A DNA stretch of 60,719 nt, the filler included. It is 8 parts of 8 records of this genome, joined end to end, with 100 filler letters (N's around TTAATTAATTAA, not from the genome) between each part and the next. Parts side by side here need not be neighbours in the genome. Positions count along the whole stretch, not along the records: positions 28,809 to 37,479 come from SRR31147125_59602; positions 37,580 to 43,155 come from SRR31147125_59716; positions 43,256 to 49,978 come from SRR31147125_59734; 5 more parts are not named here. One strand, 5' to 3'. The first letter of the stretch is position 1, and each line of letters starts with the position of its first letter. The position numbers were made by a program, and so were the translations under genes. Below, one piece after another: positions 33,016-45,130 of this stretch. The notes beneath the pieces are model-generated. The model had not been told where the DNA came from, searched no databases, and saw only the letters and a list, made by a program, of their open reading frames with translations.

Positions 33016-34368
33016 ATGAACGTACTCATTTTCGGCCTGGGAAATAACGGCGGCGGACTCGGAGCGGCACGCTTCTATGCCCAAAAAGGTCACAATGTTG
33101 TTGTTTCAGATATATCAGGTCCTGAGAAACTTCAAAAATCCCTGCGTGAACTATCAGAATTTACTATTGAGTATGATTTAAACGGACACAATCCTGACTT
33201 ATTTAAAAATGCTGATTTAATTATAAAAAATCCTGCTATTTCTCCTGAATCCAGTCTCTGCAGCCTGAATCCTACAGCTTGTGCCTCAGATTTCTCAATC
33301 TTTTTACCGCAATGTTCACTACCCGTTTTCGCCATTACCGGAACCAAAGGTAAATCCACTACAGCTGCATTAATCTCTCATATCTTAAAGAAAGCTGGAT
33401 ATCATACATATCTTGTAGGGAATATGGGAACATCTCCCTTATCCTTTATGGACGAAATTATCACACTTTCAAATGATAAAGAGAAAAACAGCATAGTAGT
33501 TGCAGAGCTCTCTTCCTGGCAGCTTCGTGATGTACGCTGCTACACTGCAGGAAATCCCTCGTATACCGTTCAACCGGAATTTTTCAGATTGTCAGTCCTG
33601 ACGTCTCTCTTTCCTGATCACATGAACACATACAACACTTTTGATGAGTACGTGGATGATAAAATGACTATCTTCCGTATGTTGGAAAAAAGTACAGCGT
33701 CAAAAGCGGTATTACCAGAAAACCAGTTTTCCCGATACCAGGAAATCTCCACAAAAATACCTTTCCTTTTTTCCAATACCGCTATTTCAACATTTCCTGA
33801 TTTTACCTTACCTGAAAACTTATTCCATATCCCTGCGGCTGCCGCATGTTTATGTTGGGGAATAGATCCTGATGTTATTCATGCCGGAATTGCTGATTTC
33901 CCGGGTCTGCAGCACAGACAAGAGATAATTATTCAAACCAACGATATTATGTGCATAAACGACAGTGCCGCTACCATACCAGAGGCTTTGAATTCTGCCG
34001 TAGAGCGTTTCAATGGCGGGCAGATTCATCTTATTGCAGGAGGCAATGATAAAAATTTATCATCAGAATCGTATGTGACCTCAATGAAAAAAGTTACTTC
34101 TCTTCATCTGCTGGCCGGATCATTAACTGAAAAAATTATCCCATTACTTGATAAGCATTCGATTGAATATACAGGTCCGCATGATTCCATGAGTTCAGCT
34201 GTTGCATCTGCTGTGAAATCATTGAATCTGATTCAGAAAGAAAAGAAATCAAAAAAACGATATATTCTTTTATCTCCGGGAGCAACTTCCTTTGGTCTTT
34301 TTATTAATGAATTTGATCGAGGGGAACAATTTAGAATAATTTGCCAAAAAGTTTTTAAGAGATACTAA
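33016..34368 (+). CDS. murD: UDP-MurNAc-L-Ala--D-glutamate ligase
   Basis: ITGTKGKSTT, GNMG, ELSSWQL, DHMN, HRQE, NDSAAT, LSPGATSFG.F.NEFDRG..F. Confidence 0.92.
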   Translation: MNVLIFGLGNNGGGLGAARFYAQKGHNVVVSDISGPEKLQKSLRELSEFTIEYDLNGHNPDLFKNADLIIKNPAISPESSLCSLNPTACASDFSIFLPQCSLPVFAITGTKGKSTTAALISHILKKAGYHTYLVGNMGTSPLSFMDEIITLSNDKEKNSIVVAELSSWQLRDVRCYTAGNPSYTVQPEFFRLSVLTSLFPDHMNTYNTFDEYVDDKMTIFRMLEKSTASKAVLPENQFSRYQEISTKIPFLFSNTAISTFPDFTLPENLFHIPAAAACLCWGIDPDVIHAGIADFPGLQHRQEIIIQTNDIMCINDSAATIPEALNSAVERFNGGQIHLIAGGNDKNLSSESYVTSMKKVTSLHLLAGSLTEKIIPLLDKHSIEYTGPHDSMSSAVASAVKSLNLIQKEKKSKKRYILLSPGATSFGLFINEFDRGEQFRIICQKVFKRY

Positions 34369-34392
34369 CCATTACTACAGAATGTCTGTGTT

Positions 34393-35496
34393 TCATGATC
34401 GGGCTTTATCTATACGTCTGCGTTCAAGTATGGAAAAAAGAGTGTATGGAATTTTTTTCATAACAATATCACAAGTACTGGGACGTTCAATATAGTCTCC
34501 ATTAAAGGATTCCTTAAAAAGCCGTAACCCAGATAGATGATGATCCTCTTCAGCTTCTGATTTTGGAATCCCAAAAAGATCATATGAGATACAACCCTTA
34601 CGCTTTGCATCCTGTATAGCATGCCACTGCAGAGCATATGATGGGCTGCAGTGTAATTCCTTTGAACGCAGAGAAGATCCTATAAGAAAAACTGCGTGCT
34701 TACCTGCATACACAACAATGATGCCGCCTGCTATATTTTGACCACTGCCTGTTCTGGCTATATAGAGGCATGCTCCTGAATGCTCTTCGCCAGCTCCTGA
34801 AACACATATTTGCAGCATGTTTTTTATATAACCTATTGATCTGGGAATAAAACCATCTCTGTTTGCAGTTGTGAGAAAGGTTTCGTACCACTCCTCAAAA
34901 TCTTTTTCCCAAGTTGCAGATTTGCCGGGCTCCAGCTTTTCGACCACAATACAGCCCATGCATTTCTTTATATGTCGCCGGGCTCTTTTTTTAAAACTGT
35001 TAAACAGCGATGCTTCATCTGGTTTTAATTGTATGCTCAGTGTCGCATCCGGCTGTATACTATATGCGAGGCTTATTAATCTTCCAAAAGAGCCCAAAGT
35101 CGAATTGCGGTTTCCGGATGAAGTATCATGTGATCCAGAAACTGTGCTGCCCCAGGGAAGATCATATCGCACGAGCATCACTTTTTCCTGAATTAACGCG
35201 CAGCACTGTTTGGCTATACCAATCAGATATTGCGGGGAGACACTACTTCCCGGTCCAATTTGCTGTGGACCAAAAGGAACATAAGCAATTGCATGCCCGC
35301 TCGGTGAAATTTTGCGTGTCATCAGCAACAGCGTCTGTTCAGGGCTGATTTTTACGCTGTCTTCTTGACACGTAATAGCGAAGGCATAAGGAATCCAGCC
35401 ATTTATACGTTTTACTTCTGCCCAGAAAGAAGTCTGGAAAGGATTATAGTTGCTTTCCAGTTCGGTAAGCGCGATTTCCCTAACCAACATCTCCAT
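34393..35496 (-). CDS. FemAB/FemX-family peptidoglycan peptidyltransferase
   Basis: PFQTSFWAEVK, AYVPFGP, IQPDAT, LQWHAIQDAKRKGC.SYDLFGI, GLRLFKESF.G. Confidence 0.85.
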   Translation of the reverse strand: MEMLVREIALTELESNYNPFQTSFWAEVKRINGWIPYAFAITCQEDSVKISPEQTLLLMTRKISPSGHAIAYVPFGPQQIGPGSSVSPQYLIGIAKQCCALIQEKVMLVRYDLPWGSTVSGSHDTSSGNRNSTLGSFGRLISLAYSIQPDATLSIQLKPDEASLFNSFKKRARRHIKKCMGCIVVEKLEPGKSATWEKDFEEWYETFLTTANRDGFIPRSIGYIKNMLQICVSGAGEEHSGACLYIARTGSGQNIAGGIIVVYAGKHAVFLIGSSLRSKELHCSPSYALQWHAIQDAKRKGCISYDLFGIPKSEAEEDHHLSGLRLFKESFNGDYIERPSTCDIVMKKIPYTLFSILERRRIDKARS

Positions 35497-37479
35497 TTGC
35501 TACTCTCTCAGTTGACAGTTCTTTCCCTGCAACGTTCAATACGCTGTCACCGCTGAAGATTTTGTTCGTTTTTGCTTTTAACGGTAGTTTAAAAAACTGA
35601 TCAATTTTGATACGTTTTCTGTCTTCTTCCGGAAATGCCAAGTCCCCTATCGCTATTTTCTGTCCGGGGTGCGCCCAATCAGCAAACAGTACTTCAACCT
35701 GTTCTTCTTCTCCACTGCCTGAACTAGCCGCCAGCAGCATACCATAACTCATTATTCCGCGCAGTTTGGCTGGTTTCAGATTATAGACAATAATGATATT
35801 CCGTCCGAGCAGTTCTTCCTCTTTATAAAATGGTACCAATCCTGAAACGATGGTACGTGTCTCTTCGTCTCCGGTATCGAGTGTTTCTATGTACAACTTG
35901 TCTGCTTCCGGGTGACGTTCTATTTCCACAATTTTAGCTACCCGCAAATCAACAGTATTATTAAACTGCTCTTCCAATGGTAATTGCTGTTCTTTCTTTG
36001 CTGCCTCTTCCACTTCTGCCGCCTTTCTCTCTTCCTGTGACCCTGCGTATCGCTTACGCAGTTCATCTATCATGTCATTTTCAAGTTTATTAAACAGAAT
36101 TTCCGGTTTGTTAATTTTATACATTCCACTGAAATCCCCAAGATCATTCCATGAGCTATGCTCACTTTCCAGAAATTCAAGAATTTTTGCTGAAGTCTCG
36201 GGGATATACGGCTGAATCATAATGCCAAGATCCCGTATCAGATATACCAGTGTTTTCAGCAGTGTCGCAGCCGCTTCGGGATTCTCTTTTCTAGTTTTCC
36301 ACGGTTCGCCTGCCTGGAAGACCCTGTTACCCAATGAAGAAAGTGCAAAAATTTTCCGTAATGCATCTCTCAATTCAGCTCTGTCCAGATGTTCCGAAAT
36401 TTCTTTTTCCATACTGATTATTTCAGTCTTTAAGGTTTCATCAATATCACCTTCAGGAACAATTCCTTCATAAAACCTGTTTACGAATGTCAGGGTTCTG
36501 TTTACAAGATTTCCCAGATTCCCTATAAGCTCTCCATTTACCTTTTCCTGGAAATCTGCCCAAGTGAACTGCGCGTCGGATTTTTCCGGACGTATATAAA
36601 AAATATAAAAACGCCAAACATCAGCAGGAATACCGGTATCCCTGGCATCTGTGCCAAATACGCCGACACCCTTACTTTTAGAAAACTTTGTATTTTCATA
36701 ATTCAAGTATTCTGATGAAGACATGTGATGCAATAAAGTCCAGTTCTCGCCTGAAGCCAGTAGTGAACCGGGGAAAATTACCGTATGAAACGGTATATTA
36801 TCCTTTCCTATAAACTGGAACAAATCAACATTCTCGGGATTTTTCCACCACGATTCCCAGTCATCGGTATGATTTGCCGTTATTGATATATAGCCGATGG
36901 GGGCATCAAACCAAACATAAAATACCTTGCCCTCATAGCCCTCTTTCGGCACGGGAATACCCCATTTCAAATCTCTGGTTATACATCGTTCCCGTAATCC
37001 GTCACGAATCCAGCTTTTTGTCATTTGCACAGCATTTCTTGCCCAGAAACCATCAACAGAAGCCTTTCCCATCCATTCTTCCAGAATTGGTAAGGCCTTG
37101 GGTAAATCAAGATACAAATGTTTAGTTGATTTCACTTCCGGTATATTTCCGCAGACACCGCAGGAAGGAGTAATCAGTTCAGTAGGATCAAGCAATTTAC
37201 CGCAATTCTCACACTGGTCACCACGCGCGTCTTCATATCCGCAGTGCGGACACGTGCCATGTACGAATCTGTCAGCCAGAAATCTGTCACAGGTATTACA
37301 GAACAGTTGGTCTATAACTTGTTCCTTTATATATCCGTTTTCATCAACTTTATTGAAGATTGCCTGCACTATCTCAGTCTGTTTCGGCGTTGAGGTTCTG
37401 CCGAAACGATCAAAAGCGATATTGAACCAGTCATAAATTTCGTTATGAATAATATTATAGCGATCGCACAATTCCTGGG
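35480..37479 (-). CDS. metG: Methionine--tRNA ligase with C-terminal tRNA-binding domain, 5'-truncated
   Basis: Zn knuckle CPHCG...GDQCENCG, YVWFDAPIGY, GKDNIPFH, KFSKS, HPEADKLY, NLKPAKLRG. Confidence 0.96.
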
Positions 37480-37579
37480 NNNNNNNNNNNNNNNNNNNNN
37501 NNNNNNNNNNNNNNNNNNNNNNNTTAATTAATTAANNNNNNNNNNNNNNNNNNNNNNNNNNNNNNNNNNNNNNNNNNNN

Positions 37580-38241
37580 CCTAAAATATTGGCGACTGTA
37601 GTGTTATAGTATATAGTGATGTCAAAATCCAAAAGGCACTGCACTATATTTCTCGTAAGCCCAGATGAATAAGGCATTATTTCAGCTACTGCGACTACGT
37701 CCACTCCTTCCAAAACAAACTGTCGAGCCATAATCAGGCCAATATCCCCTGAGCCCAGTATTACAATTTTTTTCCCGATTAAATATCCTTCAATGTTCAT
37801 ATATTTTTGAGCGGCACCTGCTGTTATTATTCCTGCGGGTCTAGTGCCGGGTATGTTCAATGCGCCTCTTGGACGTTCTCGACATCCCGTTGATAGAATT
37901 ATGGCTTTTGCTTTATATTTTTTTAGTCTACCATTGCTGTTTATGGTAGTAATTACCCGATCCTTTGTAATATAAGTTACAAAAGTCTCTGTTAAACACT
38001 TGATGTTTGCGGCATTAATTTCGTCAATTAAACGCTGTGCATATTGTGTGCCTGTCAAATCCTTGTGAAATTTGTGTATGCCGAATCCATTGTGTATGCA
38101 TTGGGTCAGCACACCGCCTAGAAATGGATTGCGCTCAAATACTATTATATTGTCTGCTCCATTTTTTTGAGCAGACAGCGCAGCAGACATTCCTGCACAA
38201 CCTCCGCCTATTATTGCTATATCAATGCTATTTATCTTCAT
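37580..38241 (-). CDS. NAD(P)/FAD-dependent oxidoreductase, 3'-truncated
   Basis: IIGGGCAG, LGGVLTQCIHNGFG, TGCRERPRGAL.IPGTRPAG, ILGSGDIGLIMAR. Confidence 0.88.
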
Positions 38242-39720
38242 TACTCTCCAATACACATGTTTCTCGTAGTATTATTTCAGATCCTATCCCTTTTTTGGTT
38301 ATCTGTGTTGGGGGGATGTTTAATTCTTCTGACAATATCCTCACAACCGATGATTCGCAGAATCCTCCCTGACATCTGCCCATGCCTGCACGAGTGCGCA
38401 TTTTTACGGCATTTACAGTTTTTGCTCCGATTCTAGAATGTATGGACTCCAGTATTTCTGCTTTTGTTATGCTTTCGCATCTACATATGATCTTTGCGTA
38501 GTTTTTATCCTTTTTAATAGCCCTGATACGTTCTTTTTCTGTCATTTCCCTGAAGGGTTTGTTTTTCTTGAGCTGATGATTGAATTTATTATTTTTTTTA
38601 AATCCATACAGCTTCGCTGCTTGTTCTGCAAGGTCTTTGGCAATGGCGGGAGCTGCCGTGAGTCCGGGAGACTCAATGCCTGCCATATTAAAGAATCCCT
38701 TTACATCTTCTGCCTGACCTATGATGAAGTCGTTGCATTTAGGATGAGGGCGAATGCCTCCGAATGCTCCGATTATCATATCCATTGGAAATTCTTTGTA
38801 CGTTTTGCTTATGGGTAGGTTTTTCCACTGCTGTTTAAAGAATTTAAGTATTTCGCCCAACCCCGCACTTGTTGTTGATGTATCATCTTTGTCAGCGATT
38901 TCGTGGGCATCACATCCTAATATTATTGTACCGTCTACCGATGGCATAATACCCATGCCCTTTGTATGCCCTCCTCCTGCAAGTGCCGCAGGGGTTGGCT
39001 GATTGTAGAGTGAACAAATGGCGATAATTTATTATCCAGAATTAAATGTTCACCTTTTCTGGGAATAATCTCAAATTTGTTTTTGCTGACCATATTATTC
39101 ACTTCATCTGCGTGAGTTCCCGCACAGTTGAATAGATATTTTGTTTTTATACTGCCCTTATTAGTGTATATGCAGAAACCGTACTCTGCTTTCTTTATGT
39201 CTGTAACCTCCGTATTGAGCATAAATTCTACACCATTTTGGGCTGCGTTTTCACACATAGAAATAACTAGAGTGTAGGGGCAAACCATTCCGCTTGTTGG
39301 GGCATATAATCCTCCTATGACTTCTGTGCCGAAATAGCCTTCCATCCCAATCAATTCTTCACGACTGCAAATTTGCACATCAGGCACGTCGTTTTTATCG
39401 GCATTTTTTTTCAGTCTGATGACTTCTTCCATCTCTTTATCATTGGTAGCGTATACAATCATACCGTTTTGATTATATTTAACAGATAAATCTTTGCATA
39501 ATTTTGGATACATTTTATTGCCTAATACATTATACAAAGCTTTCTTTGAACCATATTCAGCGTCGTGTCCGGAATGTATCGTTGCGCTGTTGCCTCTGCT
39601 AGCGCCCCAGCATACGTCGTTGCCCTTTTCCAATACGGCGATTTTTAATTTATATTTACATAGCTCGCGGGATAAAGCTGCTCCGCTTACTCCGCTGCCA
39701 ATTATTACTGCATCAAACAT
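38228..39720 (-). CDS. FAD-dependent dehydrogenase (GlpA/LhgO-like) with C-terminal BFD-like [2Fe-2S] domain; apparent frameshift near 38995
   Basis: IIGSGVSG, NSATIHSG, PRKGEH, GIESPGLTAAPAIA, ICRCE, RAGMGRCQGGFC. Confidence 0.87.
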
Positions 39721-39938
39721 TTTCAATCCTTTAGCAAGTTCTCTCAATATACATATATTATGCACATAAATCCTTTAATAAGCAAAAGAATAATCAATTA
39801 TGAAAGAAAATGAAACATTTTTTACTTTTATTTATAATAACATATATGAATTGAATCAGTCAATAATAAAATAATATTGGGAAAATGCACAAAAATTATG
39901 TGAAATAAACGTAAGTTTTGCATGAATTTAAAAAAAAA

Positions 39939-39967
39939 TTGACATATACATAAAATGAGTGTATTAT
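39939..39967 (+). promoter_or_regulatory. Sigma-70/A promoter of the liv operon
   Basis: TTGACA-N17-TATTAT. Confidence 0.6.
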
Positions 39968-40074
39968 GAATTTCATGAAACGAGTTATCAAAATGTTTCA
40001 AAACTTACTAAAAACGTTCAAAAGTGGCCGAAACATAGGATGAATCACAAAACAATATTTAAGGAGGAATATTA

Positions 40075-41259
40075 ATGAAAAAGGTCTTAGTAATGGTTCT
40101 TTGCATAGTAATGGTACTTACTGTATTCAGCGGATGCCAAGGCAAAGAAGAGGAAAAAATGGAAGGTGATTTTGACGAGTACATCTATTTCGGACTAAAC
40201 TACGAGCTGACAGGTGCTAATCCAATAGTTGGTGAATCATCTGTTAAAGGTATCGACATGGCTGTTAACGAAATTAACGAAAACGGCGGTATCACAATTG
40301 ACGGCAAAACCTATGGGTTGGCATACAAAGCTGCGGACAATGGTTTCAATACTGACGAAGCTGCTTTGAATGCACAGGAATTTGCAGATGATGAAGAAAT
40401 CTGTGCAATGATTGGTCCTAATGACTCCGATATGTGTATGGCAACTCAAGCTATCGTTACAGAAGAGGGCTTGCCTGCAATATCACCATGGTCTACTTTA
40501 GTTGAACTGACAGAATCAGACTGGTACTTCAGAGCTTGTTTTACTGATGATTTCCAAGGTGAAATTTTAGCCAAATATGCTTTCGAGTATGAAAACACTA
40601 CTACAGCAGCAGTGCTTTATGACATGTCAAACCCATATAATGAAGGTATTGCTACACGCTTTAAAGAGGTCTACGAACAATTAGGCGGAACAGTTGTTGA
40701 ATATCTAAGCTATAACGGCAAAACAGGGGAAACAGACTTTACATCACAAATGACAAAGATAGCAAGTGCACAACCTGACATATTATTGTTACCGAATTTC
40801 TATGAAGAAATCGTCGCACAAACAACACAAGCTCGTGATATGGGATACACAGGCAAATTCATGGGTTCTGACACGTGGGGCGATACATCACTTCTTGACT
40901 GGGATACAGACAACCTATTAGAAGGTGCATTATGGGTAGGACACTATCACAAAGACGTTGCATCGGATATAGCATTGAAATTCATTGAAGATTACAGAGC
41001 AGAATATGGTACAGACAATGATCCTAACGATATCGTCGCTCTTAACTATGATGCAGTATATCTATTGAAACTTGCAATCGAAAACGCACAATCCTTTGAA
41101 AGAGAAAAAATCCGTGAAGGATTAAACGCGATCACAACATACGAAGGTGTTACAGGAACAATGAACTTTGAAAAAGGAAATGGTGATCCAACTAAATCGG
41201 CAGTTATCATCAAAATTACCGATGGCAAGTTTGAATATCTTGACACAGTAATGCCTTAA
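40075..41259 (+). CDS. Branched-chain amino acid ABC transporter substrate-binding lipoprotein (LivJ/K-like)
   Basis: Lipobox FSGC, AVNEINENGG, FRACFTDDFQG, YDAV, YEGVTG...GDPTKSA. Confidence 0.9.
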   Translation: MKKVLVMVLCIVMVLTVFSGCQGKEEEKMEGDFDEYIYFGLNYELTGANPIVGESSVKGIDMAVNEINENGGITIDGKTYGLAYKAADNGFNTDEAALNAQEFADDEEICAMIGPNDSDMCMATQAIVTEEGLPAISPWSTLVELTESDWYFRACFTDDFQGEILAKYAFEYENTTTAAVLYDMSNPYNEGIATRFKEVYEQLGGTVVEYLSYNGKTGETDFTSQMTKIASAQPDILLLPNFYEEIVAQTTQARDMGYTGKFMGSDTWGDTSLLDWDTDNLLEGALWVGHYHKDVASDIALKFIEDYRAEYGTDNDPNDIVALNYDAVYLLKLAIENAQSFEREKIREGLNAITTYEGVTGTMNFEKGNGDPTKSAVIIKITDGKFEYLDTVMP

Positions 41260-41306
41260 CAGATTTAACAGAGATGGTTATATTTAACTAGGATTCGACT
41301 ACAATG

Positions 41307-41334
41307 TTATCGGGAGAATCATTCTCCCGATAAT
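41307..41334. terminator. Intercistronic hairpin after the binding-protein gene
   Basis: TTATCGGGAGAAT-C-ATTCTCCCGATAA, a perfect inverted repeat. Confidence 0.55.
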
Positions 41335-41391
41335 GAACTAAGATTGAATTATGATTGTTTATAATACAATAACCTAAATGGGGGATTTATT

Positions 41392-42294
41392 TTGAACGTT
41401 TTTGTACAACAGATAATTAATTTTTTGCAGTTGGGAAGTATATATGCACTGACTGCAATATCATTCACAATGGTATACGGTATAGCTGGACTAGTAAACT
41501 TTGCACATGGAAGTATATTCGGAGTGTCTATGTATATATTGTTTTTTGTAAGCACATTGCTGTTCCAATTTATTGAAAGCACTTGGATTGTTTACATGAT
41601 TGCTCTGATAGCCGCGAGCATTGCCACCTCACTTATTGCAGTACTTGTTGAAAAGGTTGCATACAGTCCGCTTAAGAATGCGCCAAAGGTAGCGGTAGTT
41701 GTATCAAGTGTCGGCGTTGCTATGGCGTTGGAATATTTGATTTTGAATATAGCAGGGTCAAAGGCACTAAGAATGCCGAGACTGATTCCTAATATTTCAG
41801 TAAAAATTGCGGAATTACCTGTTCCTTTATACAAAATACTGATTATAGTAATTGCAATTATTACAATGATTATTTTGAATATTATTGTTAAAAAGACAAA
41901 ACTGGGTACTGCAATGCGCGCTGTATCTCAAGACAGCGTCGCAGCTGGATTTATGGGCATTGCGACCAATAGAGTTATCAGTATTTCCTTTGTGTTCGGT
42001 GCAGTACTGGCAACAATAGCAGCAAGTCTTTACGGTACAGCCTACAGCATATTTGCATATAACGTAGGAGAGAATATAATTTGGTGGTCATTCATAGCAG
42101 CTGTGTTAGGCGGAATAGGAAGCATCCGCGGAGCAGTTCTGGGCGGATTTATTATTGGCGGTATAAGCATTCTGGCACCAGTTGTTCTGCCAGTATCCAG
42201 CTATAAAGACATTGTTGCATTTGCTGTGCTGATAATAGTTTTGTTGGTCAAACCAACAGGTCTGCTAGGCAAGAAATCTACAGAGAAAATATAG
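41392..42294 (+). CDS. livH: Branched-chain amino acid ABC permease
   Basis: LGSIYAL..ISFTMVYG...VNFAHG, TKLGTAMRAVSQD, AAVLGGIGS, VKPTGLLG. Confidence 0.92.
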   Translation: MNVFVQQIINFLQLGSIYALTAISFTMVYGIAGLVNFAHGSIFGVSMYILFFVSTLLFQFIESTWIVYMIALIAASIATSLIAVLVEKVAYSPLKNAPKVAVVVSSVGVAMALEYLILNIAGSKALRMPRLIPNISVKIAELPVPLYKILIIVIAIITMIILNIIVKKTKLGTAMRAVSQDSVAAGFMGIATNRVISISFVFGAVLATIAASLYGTAYSIFAYNVGENIIWWSFIAAVLGGIGSIRGAVLGGFIIGGISILAPVVLPVSSYKDIVAFAVLIIVLLVKPTGLLGKKSTEKI

Positions 42295-42302
42295 GTGACG
42301 AT

Positions 42303-43155
42303 ATGATGACAGACAGACAAAACAAATTAAATAAAAAAGATAACCCTTTGAAAAAATTTATATTTGTTGCAATCGTTGCCGTTATATTGGTATTAGCTAA
42401 GGAACTGGAGCTGCTTTCGACATCTATATTACTCATAGTACAGTATATCGGCATATATTCCATATTTGTGATTGGAATAAATATGGTTAACGGATATTTG
42501 GGAGTTTTCTCCCTTGCACATGCAGGATTTATGGCAGTCGGTGCATATTCATCAGCATTATTCAGCAGATATATTTTTACAGCAGAGTGGATGTTCCCTA
42601 TTTGCTTAATTTCGGGAGGCGGCGTAGCGCTTTTGGTAGGCATAGTAGTTGCAATTCCGTCATTTAAGGCAAAAGGCGACTATTTGGCAATCATAACTTT
42701 GGGATTTTCACTTATGATGCAGAGTATCTTACAGAACGTGAACTTTGTAGGAGCATCAAAAGGTATGAATAATATATCAAAGTTTACAAATATTTATTGG
42801 GTATTTGCATTTTTACTTCTTGCGATATTTGTAGTGAGTAAGTTTATTAATTCGAAATACGGTCGCAGCCTAAAAGCTATTAGGGAAGATGAAACAGCTT
42901 CTATGCTGGTATCAGTCGACGTAAGGAGAGCAAAATCGATAGCGTTTGCAACAAGTGCATTTTTGATAGGAACATCAGGCGGACTTATTGCACATCTGCT
43001 GGGGTATACAAGTCCGTCCGCATACGGATTTACTAACATAGTTGACGGATTGGTCATGGTATATCTGGGCGGCATGGGAAGTATCACCGGTTCGATATTC
43101 GGTGCTGCATCTTGGCAAATGCTGGTTCAGCTGCTGAAAGGATTGGGAACTCCGG
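42303..43155 (+). CDS. livM: Branched-chain amino acid ABC permease, 3'-truncated
   Basis: GYLGVFSLAHAGFMAVGAY, KGDYLAIITLGF, GRSLKAIREDE, LGGMGSITGS. Confidence 0.92.
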
Positions 43156-43255
43156 NNNNNNNNNNNNNNNNNNNNNNNNNNNNNNNNNNNNNNNNNNNNT
43201 TAATTAATTAANNNNNNNNNNNNNNNNNNNNNNNNNNNNNNNNNNNNNNNNNNNN

Positions 43256-45118
43256 TTTTTGTCTCTCCCCCAAGGATGACCTGACCGAAATTCATGCCGA
43301 TACCCGTTTTCCCGACATGTATGCGGCTTATGATAAAAAACTGCGCGCCATCGGCAATGCCGATTTTGGCGACCTTATCTTTCGGGCCGTCGAGCTGCTG
43401 CGAGATAACGAAGATATCCGTGACCATATTCAGAGCCGCTTCCGGGCCATTCTGGTTGATGAGTATCAGGACTCAAACGTTGCCCAGTACCAGCTGCTGA
43501 AACAGATGACCGGTCAACGGACATTTATCTGCGTGGTTGGGGATGATGATCAGTCCATCTACCGCTTTCGTGGTGCCGAGCTGCGCAATATCCTTACCTT
43601 TCCCGAGACATTTCCGGGCACGAAAACCATTCGGCTTGAGGAAAACTACCGCTCCACCGGCAATATCCTGAAAATAGCAGAGACAGTTGTCAGCAACAAT
43701 CTCGGCAGACACGGGAAACAGTTGTGGACCCGCAAGGGAGAGGGTGAGAAAGCTCACCTGAAGTTTTTCGATGACCAGTTCGCGGAGGCGCGTTACTGTG
43801 CCGACCTGGTGGATTCCGACAGCAACTATGACGGCACCGCGATTCTCTATCGTACAAATGCCCAGTCAGCCGCCTTTGAAACGGTATTCATGCGCATGAA
43901 CATACCCTACAAGGTGGTCGGCGCGCTGCGTTTCTTTGACCGGGAAGAGGTAAAGGATGCCCTCGCAATACTCTCTCTGATACAGAATCCAGCCGATGAA
44001 GTTGCATTCAGACGTATCATCAACAAACCATCAAGGGGAATTGGTGATGCTTCGCTTACAAAAATACTTGATACAGCCGCACAAGAGGGCGGAAATTGTA
44101 GGGATGGCCTGCAGAAATCCACGGATTTGCTGAAGGGCAGGGCCAGACAAGGAGCGCTCGATTTTCTGGAATGGTACTCAACAGCGGTTGATAAGCTTGA
44201 AGGCAGTGATCTTGCCGAATTTACCCGTTCCGTACTGAACGCATCCGGTATAATTGAATACCACCGCAAACAGGATGAAATAGCCCTGACACAGAAAGTG
44301 AACAACCTTGAGGAACTGGTCAATGCCGCAGGGGCATATCCACCCGGCGCACGCGGTTTAGCCGAATTTCTTGAATCCCTTGAACTAGACTCAACTGTGA
44401 TCGGTAAACAGGACCCTGCTGATAAACCTGGAGTTACCCTTATCACCATGCATAATACCAAAGGGCTTGAGTTTGAGCGGGTTATCATAACCGGACTGGA
44501 AGAGGGGCTGTTTCCCGGAAGAGCCAATGAATCGGATGAGGATATCGAGGAAGAACGCCGTATCTTTTACGTCAGCATCACCCGGGCAAAACGGCAGTTG
44601 TACCTGACATCCTGTCGCCAGCGCTTCATCTGGGGTCGCAGCAGCTATCAGACCCCATCACGATTTCTGCGCGAAGTACCCAAAGAGTGCATGCTGGGAG
44701 ATCGATTTCCAGCCTTTGGATCGGAATTTGCGGATTACTCACATCAGGAAGAATCCGGCTACAAATTTTCAGGTAACGGATATCCGGGATTTGGGAAACA
44801 GATTGATGCGGAACGCATGGCTGGATCAGGCCGAAAATCACACGCAAATCCGATGCCTATTTCCGGGATCAGGAGTCGAGGAATACAAACCAAGCTGCGG
44901 GTCAAGATAAGCCCGCGGGTAAATTTTCACAAGATGAAATTTCTGTTGGGAAATTTTCATCCGGAGACCGGGTATACCATGATGAATATGGTTCCGGCTA
45001 TATCACGGAGTCGAATTCGGGTTCGGGACGTGAAGTGGTAACCGTTCGTTTCGATACAGGACGTTCGGCGAAATTTATTACCAAGTACGCGCGGCTTGAG
45101 AAAATCGCACAGGACTGA
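43256..45118 (+). CDS. uvrD: UvrD/PcrA SF1A helicase, 5'-truncated; apparent frameshift near 44835 before the Tudor-like tail
   Basis: VDEYQD, VGDDDQSIYRFRGA, LEENYRST, ILYRTNAQS, TMHNTKGLEF, EEERRIFYVSITRA. The tail GDRVYHDEYGSG...VRFDTG...KYARLEKI lies in the shifted frame, ending at TGA 45118. Confidence 0.9.
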
Positions 45119-45130
45119 TACTATTTCAGC